64,000 bases of DNA, from NCBI RefSeq assembly GCF_030013205.1, contig NZ_CP122648.1. The stretch is one strand, 5' to 3'. A program made the translations under genes and the position numbers. This DNA comes from Escherichia coli. GTDB lineage: Bacteria > Pseudomonadota > Gammaproteobacteria > Enterobacterales > Enterobacteriaceae. The notes under the pieces are model-generated. The model saw only the letters and a program-made list of their open reading frames with translations, was not told where the DNA came from and searched no databases. Shown here piece after piece: positions 40,850 through 53,637 of the stretch. Position 1 is the first letter of the stretch. Each line of letters starts with the position of its first letter.

Positions 40850-41194
40850 GTGACTTCATTACAACTCTCAATCGTCCATCGACTGCCGCAGAACTATCGC
40901 TGGTCTGCTGGTTTCGCAGGTTCGAAGGTTGAACCGATTCCGCAAAATGGACCGTGCGGTGACAACAGCCTGGTGGCGCTTAAATTGCTTAGCCCGGATG
41001 GCGATAATGCATGGTCGGTGATGTACAAACTAAGCCAGGCGTTAAGCGACATCGAAGTTCCATGTTCGGTGCTGGAGTGTGAAGGTGAGCCGTGCCTGTT
41101 TGTAAATCGCCAGGACGAGTTTGCAGCAACATGCCGATTGAAAAATTTTGGTGTGGCAATTGCCGAACCCTTCTCAAACTACAATCCTTTTTAA
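40850..41194 (+). CDS. yejG: uncharacterised protein YejG
   Basis: 114 aa with a GTG start. Conserved position. Confidence 0.85.
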
Positions 41195-41197
41195 GCG

Positions 41198-42787
41198 TCA
41201 GCTCAACGCCAGTAGCTGACGCGTATACTCCTGCTGCGGTGCGGCAAACACGCGCGCGCACGGTCCTTGTTCCACTACTTCCCCTTGTCGCAGTACGATA
41301 ACCTGATGACATAACGCGCGGACAACGTGCAAATCGTGGCTGATAAACAAATAGGCCAGTTGATGCTTTTGTTGCAATGATTTCAATAGCGTCAATATTT
41401 GCGCCTGTACCGTTTTGTCGAGTGATGATGTCGGTTCATCAAGTATGATCAGCGAGGGCTTAAGAATTAACGCCCTGGCAATCGCAATACGTTGCCGCTG
41501 ACCACCAGAGAACTCAGCTGGATAACGGTGGCGTGTTTCAGGATCTAATCCCACTTCATGCATCACGGCTATCACTTGTTGTTCGCGTTGTGCGGCAGAA
41601 AGCGTCGGCTGGTGAACCCGTAAGCCTTCCTCAATAATTTGCAAAACGTTGAGTCGTGGGTTGAGCGAGGAGTTTGGATCCTGAAATACCACCTGAATGC
41701 GATGACGAATAGGTAACAGCTGGCGGCGATTTAAATTTTGCAGTGGCTGACCGTCAAAGATGATGCTGCCCTGAGAATTAATCAGTCGCAGCAGCGCCAG
41801 TCCCGTCGTGCTTTTCCCGGAACCGGACTCGCCCACTAAACCCAGTGTTTCACCCGCTCGTAGCGTAAAACTGATGTTTTTCACCACCACATTATGATCC
41901 ACAATGCGCTTCAAAATCCCTTTGCGAATGGGGAAGGCAACCTGCAGCTGTTCAACATCCAGCAACGTTGAGGCAGGTTCTGGCAATGGTACCGGGTCGC
42001 CTGACGGTTCACTGTTGAGTAGCTTTTGTGTGTAAGGATGAGTGGGTGAGGCAAATAGCGTAGCGGCGTTATTTTGCTCGACACAGCGACCGTTTTGCAT
42101 TACCGCCACGCGGTGGGCCAGTTTTCTGACAATGCTGAGGTTATGAGTAATAAACAGCATGCCCATATTCAGCTCGCCTTGCAGTTCGCGCAACAGCTGT
42201 AAAATCTGCGCCTGGACAGAGACGTCCAGTGCGGTGGTTGGTTCATCGGCAATTAATAATTCCGGTCGCGTTAACAGCGCCATCGCAATCATCACCCGCT
42301 GGCGTTCGCCGCCGGAGAGCTGATGCGGATAATCTGTCAGCCGTTTTGCCGCCTGGCGGATACCGACGCGATCAAGGCAGTTAAGAATTTCGCCACGAGC
42401 CGCTTCCCGACGCATCCCGCGGTGGAGTGAAAGCACTTCATAAAGCTGTTTTTCCAGGGTATGCAATGGATTTAATGACACCATCGGCTCCTGAAAAATC
42501 ATGGCGATCTTATTACCGCGTACACCGCGCAACGTTTGATCGCTGGCATGAAGCAGCGATTCGCCATGAAAACGAATATCGCCGGAGAGATATTCAACCG
42601 GCGGGGAAGGGAGCAGGCGTAAAATTGACAGCGCGGTAACGCTTTTGCCTGAACCTGACTCACCCACCAGCGCCAGCGTTTCGCCAGCCTCAATCTGAAG
42701 TGAAACATCATTGACTACTGTACGTACGGTTTGCTGATGGCGAAAACCCACCGACAAATTTTCAATCGCTAACAGAGTTTGCGTCAT
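41198..42787 (-). CDS. yejF: oligopeptide/microcin C ABC transporter, fused double ATPase YejF
   Basis: Start taken at [15 protein letters not shown] (529 aa). Two Walker A motifs (GESGSGKS twice). Confidence 0.95.
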   Translation of the reverse strand: MTQTLLAIENLSVGFRHQQTVRTVVNDVSLQIEAGETLALVGESGSGKSVTALSILRLLPSPPVEYLSGDIRFHGESLLHASDQTLRGVRGNKIAMIFQEPMVSLNPLHTLEKQLYEVLSLHRGMRREAARGEILNCLDRVGIRQAAKRLTDYPHQLSGGERQRVMIAMALLTRPELLIADEPTTALDVSVQAQILQLLRELQGELNMGMLFITHNLSIVRKLAHRVAVMQNGRCVEQNNAATLFASPTHPYTQKLLNSEPSGDPVPLPEPASTLLDVEQLQVAFPIRKGILKRIVDHNVVVKNISFTLRAGETLGLVGESGSGKSTTGLALLRLINSQGSIIFDGQPLQNLNRRQLLPIRHRIQVVFQDPNSSLNPRLNVLQIIEEGLRVHQPTLSAAQREQQVIAVMHEVGLDPETRHRYPAEFSGGQRQRIAIARALILKPSLIILDEPTSSLDKTVQAQILTLLKSLQQKHQLAYLFISHDLHVVRALCHQVIVLRQGEVVEQGPCARVFAAPQQEYTRQLLALS

Positions 42788-42788
42788 G

Positions 42789-43814
42789 CTACACCGCCTT
42801 ATTAGGATCAAATGCGTCGCGGACGGCTTCACCAATAAAGATCAGCAAAGACAACAATATCGCCACCGACAAGAAGGCGGTGATCCCAAGCCACGGGGCC
42901 TGAAGGTTATTTTTCCCTTGTAACAGCAGTTCGCCGAGTGACGGTGAACCGAGCGGCAGACCGAAGCCGAGGAAATCGAGTGAGGTCAGGGTGGTGATCG
43001 AACTACATAAAATAAACGGTAAAAAGGTGAGGGTAGCGACCATGGCATTTGGCAACATATGACGCAGGATGATACTGCGATCGCTGACGCCAAGCGCCTG
43101 CGCCGCGCGGATGTAGTCGAAATTACGGGTACGTAAAAACTCCGCCCGCACCACGCCGACCAGACTCATCCAGCCAAACAAGACGGTAATTGCCAACAGC
43201 CACCAGAAGTTAGGCTGTACGACGCTGGAAAGTAAAATAATCAAAAACAGCGTCGGCATCCCCGACCATACTTCAATAAAACGTTGCCCCCAGAGATCGA
43301 CTTTACCGCCGTAATAGCCTTGTAGCGCCCCCGCCAGCACGCCCATCACGCTGGAGCAGAGGGTCAGCATCAGGCCAAACAGAACTGAGATCCGCGTGCC
43401 ATAGAGAATGCGCGCCAGCACATCGCCGCCATTGGCATCCGTTCCCAGCCAGTTTTGCCGGGAGGGTGGGGAGGGGAAGGGCTTGTCAGTAGAAAAGTTG
43501 ATACTGGTAGCGCCAAAGCGAATCGGTGCCCACAGTACCCAGCCTTTATCTTCCAACCGCTGTTTCAGCCACGGGTCCTGATAATCAGCCTGGCTTGCCA
43601 GCGGGCCGCCAAAATCGCTTTCGCTGTAGTTTTTCAACAACGGGAAATACCAACTGCCGTCATAACGTACCAGCAACGGTTTATCGTTGGCGATCAGTTC
43701 AGAACACAAACTCAAACCAAACAAGACGAGGAAAATCCATAACGACCAGTAGCCGCGACGGTTATGACGAAAACGCGCCCAACGGGCCTGATTGACGGGG
43801 CTGAGTCGCGACAT
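42789..43814 (-). CDS. yejE: ABC transporter permease YejE
   Basis: 341 aa polytopic protein. Operon context. Confidence 0.95.
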   Translation of the reverse strand: MSRLSPVNQARWARFRHNRRGYWSLWIFLVLFGLSLCSELIANDKPLLVRYDGSWYFPLLKNYSESDFGGPLASQADYQDPWLKQRLEDKGWVLWAPIRFGATSINFSTDKPFPSPPSRQNWLGTDANGGDVLARILYGTRISVLFGLMLTLCSSVMGVLAGALQGYYGGKVDLWGQRFIEVWSGMPTLFLIILLSSVVQPNFWWLLAITVLFGWMSLVGVVRAEFLRTRNFDYIRAAQALGVSDRSIILRHMLPNAMVATLTFLPFILCSSITTLTSLDFLGFGLPLGSPSLGELLLQGKNNLQAPWLGITAFLSVAILLSLLIFIGEAVRDAFDPNKAV

Positions 43815-44908
43815 TAACGTCCCTCAAAATCTATACGCGGATCGACCAGCGTATAGCTGATATCACTGACAATATTCAGCAGCAGGCCAATCAGGGTGAA
43901 AATATACAAAGTACCAAACATTACAGGATAATCGCGCGAGACGGTCGCTTCGTAGCCCAGTAAGCCAAGACCATTGAGCGAAAACATTACTTCAATCAGC
44001 AGCGAGCCGGTAAAAAACATGCTGATAAACGTCGCCGGAAAACCGGCAATCACCAGCAGCATGGCGTTGCGGAACACATGTTTCCAGAGAATATTTTTTT
44101 CACTTACCCCTTTCGCACGGGCGGTCACCACGTATTGCTTGCGCACTTCATCAAGGAATGAGTTTTTTGTCAGCATGGTTAGCGCCGCAAAGCCGCCAAT
44201 CACTGTCGCCAGCACCGGCAGCGTGATATGCCACAGATAATCGGTGATTTTCTGATACCACGGCAGCGAATCAAAGTTAGCGGAAACCAGGCCGCGCAGA
44301 GGGAATAGGTCGAAATAGCTGCCGCCCGCGAAGAAGACAATCAGCAGGATGGCAAACAAAAAGGCCGGAATGGCGTAGCCGATGATGATAAATGCACTAC
44401 TCCAGACGTCAAAGCGGCTACCATTATAAACAGCTTTGCGAATGCCTAACGGAATCGACACCAGATAGATAATCAGCGTGCTCCATAATCCGAGGGTGAT
44501 GGAAACCGGCAGACTATCTTTAATCAGCGTCAGTACCGAGGCGCTGCGAAAAAGGCTGTCGCCAAAATCAAAGCGGATGTAGTCCCAGAGCATTTTGAAG
44601 TAACGTTCGTGGATCGGCTTATCGAAACCGTAGCGATGAGTGATCTCGGCGATCACTTCTGGATCTAATCCGCGTCCGCCACGGTAATTACTGTCGCTGA
44701 TATTGCCGACGCCCGTTTGCGCATGGCTGGCGCGAACACCTTCACCGCCTGCGCCGGGTAATACTCCGGCATTACCAAACTCAATGGCGGCGATAGCCTG
44801 GTCGACCGGACCGCCAGGCGCAATTTGCACGATGAAAAAGTTGATAGTGATAATCGCCCATAACGTTGGGATCACCAGCAACAGACGGCGAATCAGATAA
44901 GCGCCCAT
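43814..44908 (-). CDS. yejB: ABC transporter permease YejB
   Basis: 364 aa polytopic protein. Operon context. Confidence 0.95.
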
Positions 44909-46723
44909 CTACTCTCCCTGTTGTCTGGCTGACGGCAGTTTGGCCGCTTTATTAACGTCATACCACCAGGTATCGATACCCAGGCTGTAAACAGGGCGCA
45001 CTGCGGGTTGAGAGAATTTATCCCACCAGGCGAGACGGTCTTCCGCCATATACCACATTGGCAGCATGTAATAATTCCACGTTAATACGCGATCCAGTGC
45101 TCGCCCCAACGGCAGTAATTTTTCTTTATTTCCCTGCGCGGCAATAATTTGGTTGATCAGCGAGTCGATAACCGGGCTTTGCACGCCGGGGGCATTATAA
45201 GTGGAATTGATATATTCCGATGACCAGGAAATCTGTAAATCGGAACTGGGCCACGGCATCGCCCGCCATACGCGCGGCATCATGTCATAGTCGCGACTGC
45301 GCATGCGGTTGGTGATTTGCGAGTTATCCACTTTGCGAATGTCCATGTTGATACCCAGCCGTTGCAGGCTGTGCTGGAACGGCAATACCCACTGACTATT
45401 GCTGCTCGAAGGTAGCAATAACTCAAAGCTGAGCGGCTGACCCGTTGTGGCATTAACGCGTTGCTGACCCTTCAGCACCCAGCCTGCTTCGTTGAGAAGT
45501 TTGTCGGCTTTTAACAGGTTGTCACGATCGTAGCCATCGCCTTTGGATACCGGCGGCTGGTAGATTTGCGTGAAGACTTCTGGCGGTAGATCTTTTTTCA
45601 TTGGTGCCAGAAGCACCAGCTCCGCGGCGTCGGGGTAATTTCTGGCCGCGTATTCGGTATTCTGAAAATAACTGTTCGTGCGACTCCAGGCATTGTAAAA
45701 CAACGCTTTGTTCATCCATTCAAAGTCAAAGGCGAGAGTGATCGCTTCCCGCACCCGGCGATCGCTGAATACCGGACGTTGGATATTAAACGCCAGCCAG
45801 CGCGTATCCTGGGCTGATTCGTTCTTTTGCTCATCTTTGATGATGTATTTCTTATCGAAATTTTTACCGGTATAGCGCGTGGCCCAGTTTTTGGCGTCGT
45901 TTTCCATACGCAAATCAAAGGCACCGGCTTTAAACGCTTCAAAGGCGACATTATCATCGAGGTAATAATCGTAGCGAATGGTGTCGAAATTCCAGCGTCC
46001 ACGGTTTACCGGTAAGTTTGCTGCCCAGTAATCTTTCACGCGGGAATAGACAATATTTTGCCCCATTTTCCAGGACGTAATTCGGTACGGACCACTGGCA
46101 AGCGGAGGCGTGGCGAGCGGGTCGCTAAGTTTGTGATTCTTCCAGTACTTTTCTGGAAATACCGGCAGCGAAAACAGACTCAGCATATCTTCTTTGCCGG
46201 GTTTAGCTAACTCAATGCGCACGGTTAACGGCGCAATGGCTTTGACGGTGGTGCCTTTGTAGACCAGACGAAATTGCGGCACGCCTTCGGTCATAAATTT
46301 TTGAAAAGTAAACTCTACATCGCGGGCAGTAATGGGAGAACCATCATGAAAACGGGCGCGCGGATTAATAGCGACCTCCACCCAGGAATAATCGTCAGCA
46401 TAGCGTGCGCTTTCAGCAATCAGCGGGTAATAACTGCCTGGTTCGTCATCGGAAGTCGTAAATAGCGTGTCGTACAGCTGCTCGGTGCGTGCGCCCGGGT
46501 TGCCGCGCAGTGCATAGCGGTTGAAATTATCGAAGGTGCCGAGGGCTGACAACGTTATCTGCCCACCTTTTGGCGCGGCGGGGTTCACATAATCAAAATG
46601 GTTGAAATTAAACGCGTACCGGGGTTCGCCCAGCACGGCAAAGGCATAGCTTTCCTTGATAGCCTGCGCCTGCGCACCGAAGGTGAACAGAGCGATAAAC
46701 AGCAGCAGTATGCGCACAATCAT
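44909..46723 (-). CDS. yejA: periplasmic oligopeptide-binding protein YejA
   Basis: Start taken at [15 protein letters not shown] (604 aa). Signal peptide, family 5 SBP length. Confidence 0.93.
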
Positions 46724-46804
46724 CTGCAACGGATTTCCTTTTACTCATCATTAGCCGCAATCCGGCATGCTTTCACTATGAATAATAAGGGACGTAAGCA
46801 CACC

Positions 46805-48361
46805 TTACCACTGCGCCGTATACGGTTTCTTCAGCCAGCGGACAAAATCGTCCAGCGGTAACGGGCGACTAATCCAGTAGCCTTGCATGAAATTAACGCC
46901 GCGTTCGCTTAGCCATCGCGCCTGTTCCGGCGTTTCGACCCCTTCAGCAACCGTCAGCATATTGAGGCGTTTCGCCAGCGTCAGCACCGCGTCAAGTACG
47001 GGTGAAGTGATCGTTTCCGTACCGATGGCGTTGATAAATCCACGGTCAATTTTCAGATAATCGAGCGTAAAACGCTCAAGGTAGATAAGCGCGCTGTGCC
47101 CGGTACCGAAGTCATCAATAGCAATTTCTACGCCGACCGAGTGTAGCCAGGCAAAGAGTTGCGTGGCTTCTTGCTCTTTCAGCATATCGCGCTCGGTAAT
47201 TTCCAGCACAATCTGGAAATGGTGTGCGGGCAGGGAAGTGAGCAGTTTCTGGATATCTGCTTTAAAGCTTTCGCTGTGCAGATGGTCCGGCGCAATGTTA
47301 ATGCCAAATTTGACGCCTACCGGCAGTACTTTTTCTAATTCTGCGGCATCGCGGGCAATTAACTCAAACAGGTGCTGAGTCAGCGGCACAATCATCTTTT
47401 GCGATTCGGCAAAGTTAATGAAGGCATCCGGGGGAATTTCTCCCGCTACAGGATGCCGCCAGCGTAGCAGTACTTCCAGGCCCGTTACCCGCAAAGCTTG
47501 TGTATCCACCACCGGTTGATACGCCACGTAAAATTGTTCGCGCTTGATGGCGGTCATGATTTCTCTGCCGGGGCGCATACGTACGCTCATCAGGTAATAG
47601 CAAAGCAGGCCAACGACAGTTCCACTCATGCCGCCCAGTAAAAATGCGTACCACACATCGTTCCATGTCCAGTCATCCGCATAAAGCCGAACGGTCAGAG
47701 GAATGCCCGCAATTTTAGTTTCACGGACCGGCATGTCGGTTAATTCATTAACGTTCATCAAACGTGAAGAAAAGGTAGATAGCGCAGTATTGCCAATAAT
47801 GAGGGCGACGCCATCGTAATCTTCCTGCCGTGAACTATAAAAGAGAGAAGGCGTCAGATTGAGATTCAGCGCGGCAAAGACGCCGCTATTTTTCAACAAC
47901 GGGTTGCGATACCAAATGACGATTGCGGGTTTGTTCGGCACCATCGGCGTGCCGGGTAAGATCGCCATATCGACGTTTTTATTAATGTCGAGCGCCGGAA
48001 TCAATTCATTGAGTGGAATGTCCATCTCACCAGTCGCAGATGAACAGAATGTTTTTTTATCTTTTACCAGCACAAACGTACGGACATTCATGCTAAACGC
48101 CGCGCGGGCAGTCAGTTCGGGGTTAGCCTGCTGGCAGGTATCTAAGGTCAGCGGCTGGAGCCGGTCAGTAGTGGATTTCAGGTCGGCAAAATAGGTATCG
48201 AGATACTTTTGTACGTCGGTAATCAGTGTGTCGTATTTGACTTCGTGCTTATGCCAGGCCACTAAAAACTGAAGGCAGCTCACCAGTATCGCAATCATCA
48301 CGCCTGCAACAATGCAGGTAAGCAGGAGCTTACGTCCAGAATTGGGAGCGCGTATGAACAT
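46805..48361 (-). CDS. pdeN: c-di-GMP phosphodiesterase PdeN (Rtn)
   Basis: 518 aa with an N-terminal TM plus periplasmic domain and a C-terminal EAL domain (LEITERDML, DDFGTGHS). Confidence 0.92.
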   Translation of the reverse strand: MFIRAPNSGRKLLLTCIVAGVMIAILVSCLQFLVAWHKHEVKYDTLITDVQKYLDTYFADLKSTTDRLQPLTLDTCQQANPELTARAAFSMNVRTFVLVKDKKTFCSSATGEMDIPLNELIPALDINKNVDMAILPGTPMVPNKPAIVIWYRNPLLKNSGVFAALNLNLTPSLFYSSRQEDYDGVALIIGNTALSTFSSRLMNVNELTDMPVRETKIAGIPLTVRLYADDWTWNDVWYAFLLGGMSGTVVGLLCYYLMSVRMRPGREIMTAIKREQFYVAYQPVVDTQALRVTGLEVLLRWRHPVAGEIPPDAFINFAESQKMIVPLTQHLFELIARDAAELEKVLPVGVKFGINIAPDHLHSESFKADIQKLLTSLPAHHFQIVLEITERDMLKEQEATQLFAWLHSVGVEIAIDDFGTGHSALIYLERFTLDYLKIDRGFINAIGTETITSPVLDAVLTLAKRLNMLTVAEGVETPEQARWLSERGVNFMQGYWISRPLPLDDFVRWLKKPYTAQW

Positions 48362-48541
48362 GATTCCGTTAATTTCCTGAAATTACGACAACATTTAAAA
48401 GATAACAATGACCGGACTATAGCCTGGATCAAGACGCGGAAACATCATTTTCTCTGATGAATGAAAACAAAAAAGCACTGCCTAAGCAGTGCTTTCAGTT
48501 AACTCGTCAGGATAGCCAAGGGATTGCATCCAAACGGTTTA

Positions 48542-49108
48542 TTAGCTGCGGCTGAGAACCCGGCGTGCTTCGTTGTAACGCTTCTTCCAGTACGGTTCAT
48601 TCATGCTGGAAATAATAACACCACTGCTGGTGGAAGCATGGACAAACTGATTGTTGCCGATATAAATACCGACATGGCGTCCCGTTGAACCGGCACGGAA
48701 CAGAACTAAATCACCCGTACGCAAATTACTGCGGGAAACAGATTTACCCATTTCCTGCTGTTCGTAAGTCGAACGCGGAAGTTCTAAGCCAAATTGCTCA
48801 CGGAATGTACGCTGTACGAAACCAGAACAATCGATACCTTTTTTAGTGCTGCCGCCCAGACGATAGCGTACGCCTTTCCAGTCAGCATACTGATCCATAA
48901 TTCGCGATTTTACGTCGACATTACGAACCAGGTTTTCAAATTCATCCTGAGAAGCTTGCAGTGATGATGTTTCACTACCCACTGCACGTGTCTCAGGATG
49001 CATATTCTTTGCGGTGTTATTTGCACTACATGCAGAAAGCAGAACCGCTACTGCAATCGCGGGGATCCCGCGCAAGATATATCTCAAAATCGGTTGAGAT
49101 TTGACCAT
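48542..49108 (-). CDS. mepS: peptidoglycan DD-endopeptidase/LD-carboxypeptidase MepS (Spr), NlpC/P60 lipoprotein
   Basis: 188 aa with lipobox LLSAC and NlpC/P60 motifs DCSGF and H..IY. Confidence 0.95.
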
Positions 49109-49519
49109 GTTGTTTGTTTTCCCTTGAAGTCCTTAACGACAAATATCGTTATAAAAAAATGCCAAGCGACACGAGACTAATTACCTGGGCATGTTGAAAC
49201 AATTCCTTAAGGCCAAATCTGTGGACTAACGCACAAAATTATATGCTGTGAGAATAATCTACCGCCGAGGCAAAACGAGTTCGAGATTACCCGATTGGTG
49301 CGGTCTTGGCGAGCGGTTTTACATGATTTTTTATAAGAAAAAGTGATACAGAAAGTTAATAAACGGGATTGGTCAATTAAAGTACGATTGAGTGAAACGC
49401 ATGCAATCCATTCATTTACTTAGAGAATGATTTTTGCGCGCGATGGATGAAAGCACGGTGCGCATCATCAGGATTATCCTCACTATAAAAATAACCCTGA
49501 TGATGTTAATTACTGTGAG

Positions 49520-50233
49520 TTATTTGTTTTGGAAATGTTTGTTTTTTCCCGGTAGTGATTTGTCAAAAAAGGTGATTAATCGATCACTTAATGGCGTCAG
49601 CAACACCCAGGGCAAACCGATCAATATCACGGTCATCGAACCGACAATGATGTCAGTAAACCAGTGTGCGCCAATCATTACTCTGGGAAACGCAAAAACC
49701 ACAAAAATAATAAGGGCGATAAGGCCTGCAACTTTGCCGAAATAACGCCACATGAATGCCGAAAAAATAAGCAGCATCATGCCGTGATCGCCGGGAAAGC
49801 TATCTCGTGAGGCATCTTTCGTGGGAACAGAGAGCAGTTCGCTGACGCGGTTAATATTGGTAAAAGTCAATGTTGGGCTGGCCCGTTTTACAGGAATTAA
49901 TGCCTGACCCAGCTGGTTTAATACCACTGCAGTTAATAGCATGACCAGACCAATAATCACGATACGTCGTCTGCCAGGGGCGTTTTCTTTCAGCCAGAAA
50001 CTCAGCATCAACATTCCCATCGCCAGCAGAGAACAACCGTCGAAAGCGCGATTGTTGGTCAATGCAACCAGCCACAAAAAGGCCTTACTTTCGACCAGTT
50101 TCTGATTAAAGAAATAAAAAATATCCGCATCAATCGGCAACCAGAATCCATGATTAACGGGAATATACCAGGAAAGAAACAGCGCGAGGCCGACAATATT
50201 CAACAACACTATTTGCGGCAAATTTTTAATCAT
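49520..50233 (-). CDS. lpxT: lipid A 1-diphosphate synthase LpxT (YeiU)
   Basis: Start taken at MIKNLPQIVLLNIVG (237 aa). PAP2 motifs SFPGDH and AHWFTD. Confidence 0.93.
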   Translation of the reverse strand: MIKNLPQIVLLNIVGLALFLSWYIPVNHGFWLPIDADIFYFFNQKLVESKAFLWLVALTNNRAFDGCSLLAMGMLMLSFWLKENAPGRRRIVIIGLVMLLTAVVLNQLGQALIPVKRASPTLTFTNINRVSELLSVPTKDASRDSFPGDHGMMLLIFSAFMWRYFGKVAGLIALIIFVVFAFPRVMIGAHWFTDIIVGSMTVILIGLPWVLLTPLSDRLITFFDKSLPGKNKHFQNK

Positions 50234-50271
50234 ATTTTCTCTAATTATCTTACTGAAAAACGCAGGCAACC

Positions 50272-51258
50272 TTACGCGGTAGTCGCTAAACGAAGCTTCA
50301 ACAGCGCGCTCTGCAAGGCATTCCAGTCAGCTTCGCTGCTGGAAATCAGCTCAATACGGCTGTCCGGTGGCGCAATGTTTTGCGTTTCAATGTGCAGGTC
50401 ATCGCCCTGACGGTTGATTCGCACCAGCCCTTCGGGAATACGCAGCACGCCTTTGACGCGTTCTACCGATGCAAGTCGCGCCCATTCCAGAATGCCAATG
50501 GTGTCGAATACCGTATCAGCGTCGAATATCCAGCCGCAGGCCTGATATCCTTGCCCGCTGTTCAGACTGCGACGCCAGCGTTGATGCTCTGGCAGGCTTA
50601 ACGCTGCTAACCCTTTTTTCACGCTATGATGATGAGAATGTGCGGCGCTGGCGGGCAACTCGGCTAAATTGCGACGCGGCAAATCCAGAAGATGACCGTC
50701 AATTTTCCCATGCTCGCTGTGAATTAATTGCCGATCGCCACCATTTTGCTGCCACCAGCGCTGTAGCGCTTGCTCACTTTCGGGCGTCGCACGGTCGGAT
50801 TTATTGGCGACAATAATGTCTGCGGCAGCCAGCTGGTCACGGAAGTTTTCATTGCTGGCGCTTTTTTCGTCCAGCAGCAGGCGTGGATCGAGAATGCACA
50901 ACGTGGCGCGCAGATCTATCCACGGTTCATACACGGGCGCGGTTAAGAGATCTAGGATCTGTTTCGGATGACCCAGTCCGGTCGGCTCTATCAACAAGCG
51001 GTCTGGTTTTCCCTGACGCAGTAAGGTATTCAACCCTACCTGCATGGGTAAACCATTAACGCAGCACATGCAGCCGCCGGGGATCTCTTTCAGCAATGCG
51101 CCGCTATCGGCGAGCAAAGCACCATCAATTCCGACTTCCCCAAATTCATTAACCAGTACCGCCCATTTTTCGTTGGGATCTTTATGGGCTAAAAGATGAA
51201 GAATCGACGTAGTTTTCCCGCTGCCGAGAAAACCGGTGATGAGGTTGGTCCTGGTCAC
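50272..51258 (-). CDS. yeiR: zinc-binding COG0523 GTPase YeiR
   Basis: 328 aa with P-loop GFLGSGKTT and CxCC motif GGCMCC. Confidence 0.93.
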   Translation of the reverse strand: MTRTNLITGFLGSGKTTSILHLLAHKDPNEKWAVLVNEFGEVGIDGALLADSGALLKEIPGGCMCCVNGLPMQVGLNTLLRQGKPDRLLIEPTGLGHPKQILDLLTAPVYEPWIDLRATLCILDPRLLLDEKSASNENFRDQLAAADIIVANKSDRATPESEQALQRWWQQNGGDRQLIHSEHGKIDGHLLDLPRRNLAELPASAAHSHHHSVKKGLAALSLPEHQRWRRSLNSGQGYQACGWIFDADTVFDTIGILEWARLASVERVKGVLRIPEGLVRINRQGDDLHIETQNIAPPDSRIELISSSEADWNALQSALLKLRLATTA

Positions 51259-51375
51259 AACGGCTCCGCAATACTCTTAAAAGTTAACTGAGCGTTAATC
51301 CTGGCTAAAAAAGGCAGAAAAGAGAAGGGGGGAGCGGACGAAGGCGAGCTTCATCCGCTTTAACCGCAGAAATCG

Positions 51376-52842
51376 TTAAATTTTGAGGGTGTTTAATAGC
51401 GCCTGATGCGCGCCGAATTGTGCGATTTGTTGCCAGGCTTGTTCGATAGCCTGCACAAAATGCGGGTTATCTGGCAGATCATCACCGAAAACTTCACGCA
51501 GGGAAAGCAGGGCGGTTACGCGTTGTTCACTGCTACTGCCCGCAACAAGTTCGCGAATTTTATCGCTAAGCGGATCGCGAACATCAATGGCATTTCCGGC
51601 ATCATCAACGCCGCTGACGTAACGCATCCAGCCTGCAACGCCTAATGCCAGCAACGACCAGTCCGTTTCGCGCCCCAGATGTATGCGAATACCTGCCAGC
51701 ATACGTTGCGGTAATTTCTGGCTGCCATCCATCGCGATTTGCCAGGTCTTATGTTTCAGCGCCGGATTAGCAAAACGTGCAATTAACTTATCCGCATATT
51801 GTGTTAAATCGACATCTTTAATTCGCAATGTTGGCGCTTGCTCATCCAGCATTAATGTTCTGGCGGCATGGCGAAATGCGCGATCCTGCATGCAATCACT
51901 GATATGGGCGAATCCTGAGAGGTAACCCAGATAAGCGAGAAAAGAGTGGCTGCCATTAAGCATACGCAGTTTCATCTCTTCCCATGGCAGGACATCATTC
52001 ACCATTTGTACACCTGCGACTTCCCAGGCAGGACGCCCAGCGACGAAGTTATCTTCCACCACCCACTGGATAAACGGTTCGCAGCTAATCGCGCAGGGAT
52101 CATTCACCCCCAGATGCTGGCTGATTTCCGCCAGTGATTCGTCGGTTGCTGCCGGAACAATACGGTCGACCATGGTTCCCGGAAAACTGACGTGTTCTTT
52201 TATCCACCCGGCGAGTTCTGGTGAACGTTTTTCCGCCATCCCCAGCACCGCGTTTTTCACCACATGGCCATTGTCGGGAATATTGTCGCAGGAGAGTACG
52301 GTAAACGGTGCAAGGCCGCGTTCACGGCGTCGTTTCAGTGCTTCGACGAGAATACCCGGCGCGGAGTGAGGTTCTTCAGGGTTTTGTAGATCGTGAATAA
52401 TCCGCGGATTGCTGGTGTCGAGTGCACCGGTGGCCGGGTCAATACAATAGCCTTTTTCGGTAATCGTCAGGGAAACAATTGCCACCTGTGGCTCGCAAAA
52501 TTTCTCAATAATTGCCGCTAAGGAATCCAGTTTTGCATTAAGGCATTCGTGAACGGCACCGACAATTATCGCCTGATTGCCGTCCGCCCCTTTCTCCAGC
52601 ACGGTATATAAATGGTTCTGTGCGCGGAGCTGGCTCATCAGTTGATCACCGCTGAACAAGCTGATTTCACAGATCCCCCAGTCACCGCCCTGGGCATTCA
52701 GCACACGATCGGTCAGTAACGCCTGATGTGCGCGGTGAAAGGCTCCAAAGCCAAAATGAACGATACGTGATTGCAACTGCTGGCGATCGTAGCGTGGAGC
52801 GTGTACATGATGCGGGAGCGTAACGGAGGCGATTGTATTCAT
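51376..52842 (-). CDS. yeiQ: mannitol dehydrogenase-family oxidoreductase YeiQ
   Basis: Start taken at MNTIASVTLPHH (488 aa). N-terminal Rossmann motif VHFGFGAFHRAH. Confidence 0.9.
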   Translation of the reverse strand: MNTIASVTLPHHVHAPRYDRQQLQSRIVHFGFGAFHRAHQALLTDRVLNAQGGDWGICEISLFSGDQLMSQLRAQNHLYTVLEKGADGNQAIIVGAVHECLNAKLDSLAAIIEKFCEPQVAIVSLTITEKGYCIDPATGALDTSNPRIIHDLQNPEEPHSAPGILVEALKRRRERGLAPFTVLSCDNIPDNGHVVKNAVLGMAEKRSPELAGWIKEHVSFPGTMVDRIVPAATDESLAEISQHLGVNDPCAISCEPFIQWVVEDNFVAGRPAWEVAGVQMVNDVLPWEEMKLRMLNGSHSFLAYLGYLSGFAHISDCMQDRAFRHAARTLMLDEQAPTLRIKDVDLTQYADKLIARFANPALKHKTWQIAMDGSQKLPQRMLAGIRIHLGRETDWSLLALGVAGWMRYVSGVDDAGNAIDVRDPLSDKIRELVAGSSSEQRVTALLSLREVFGDDLPDNPHFVQAIEQAWQQIAQFGAHQALLNTLKI

Positions 52843-53064
52843 AGGAGTCACGTCTTAGTAACGATTAATTAACAATGACAGTGTAAAGTTATATGACAGC
52901 AATTGAAATTGGTCTGGATTGTTAATGCGATGAAGTGTGAGGGCGATCAATCAACGAGTGAAAATTGAGGACGTAAGGTGTTCAGGAAGCGCAAAATAGA
53001 AGATTGGTATAATAAATTAAAAAAGGGACAGCCTGAGCTATCCCTTTTCTGCATGCGGCTGAAG

Positions 53065-53637
53065 TTAGTCAGCACGACCCATATAACGGCGTTCTTCGAT
53101 ATGGATACGAATTTTTTCGCCCGGGCTTAAGTATTCTGGTACCTGAATCACCAGACCAGTGCTCAATGTCGCCGGTTTGTTACGGGCGCTGGCAGATGCC
53201 CCTTTGATGCCAGGTGCGGTTTCAACGATTTCCAGATCAACGGTCTGCGGCAGCTCAAGCGCCAGCAGTTGACCGTCCCAGGTCAGCACCTGCATGTCCG
53301 GCATGCCGCCCTCTGGCATAAACAGCAACTCTTCTTCAATCTGATCTTTGGTGAAGGTATACGGGGTATAGTCTTCTTTATCCATAAAGACATATTCGTT
53401 GCCATCGACATAGGAGAAGTCAACGTAACGGCGGGTCAGCGTCACGGTGTCAACGATATCATCTCCTTTGAAACGCTCTTCTACTTTCAGCCCGGTACGG
53501 ACATCAGAAAAACGCATTTTGTACAGCGTAGCGGCACCGCGGGCAGTGGGCGACTGAATATCAATATCCTTAACCAGCAGCAGTTTGCCGTTGTAATTCA
53601 GTACCATACCTTTTTTAATTTCGTTCGCTCTTGGCAT
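53065..53637 (-). CDS. yeiP: elongation factor P-like protein YeiP
   Basis: Start taken at [20 protein letters not shown] (190 aa). The 275 aa track ORF is an unsupported N-terminal extension. Confidence 0.93.
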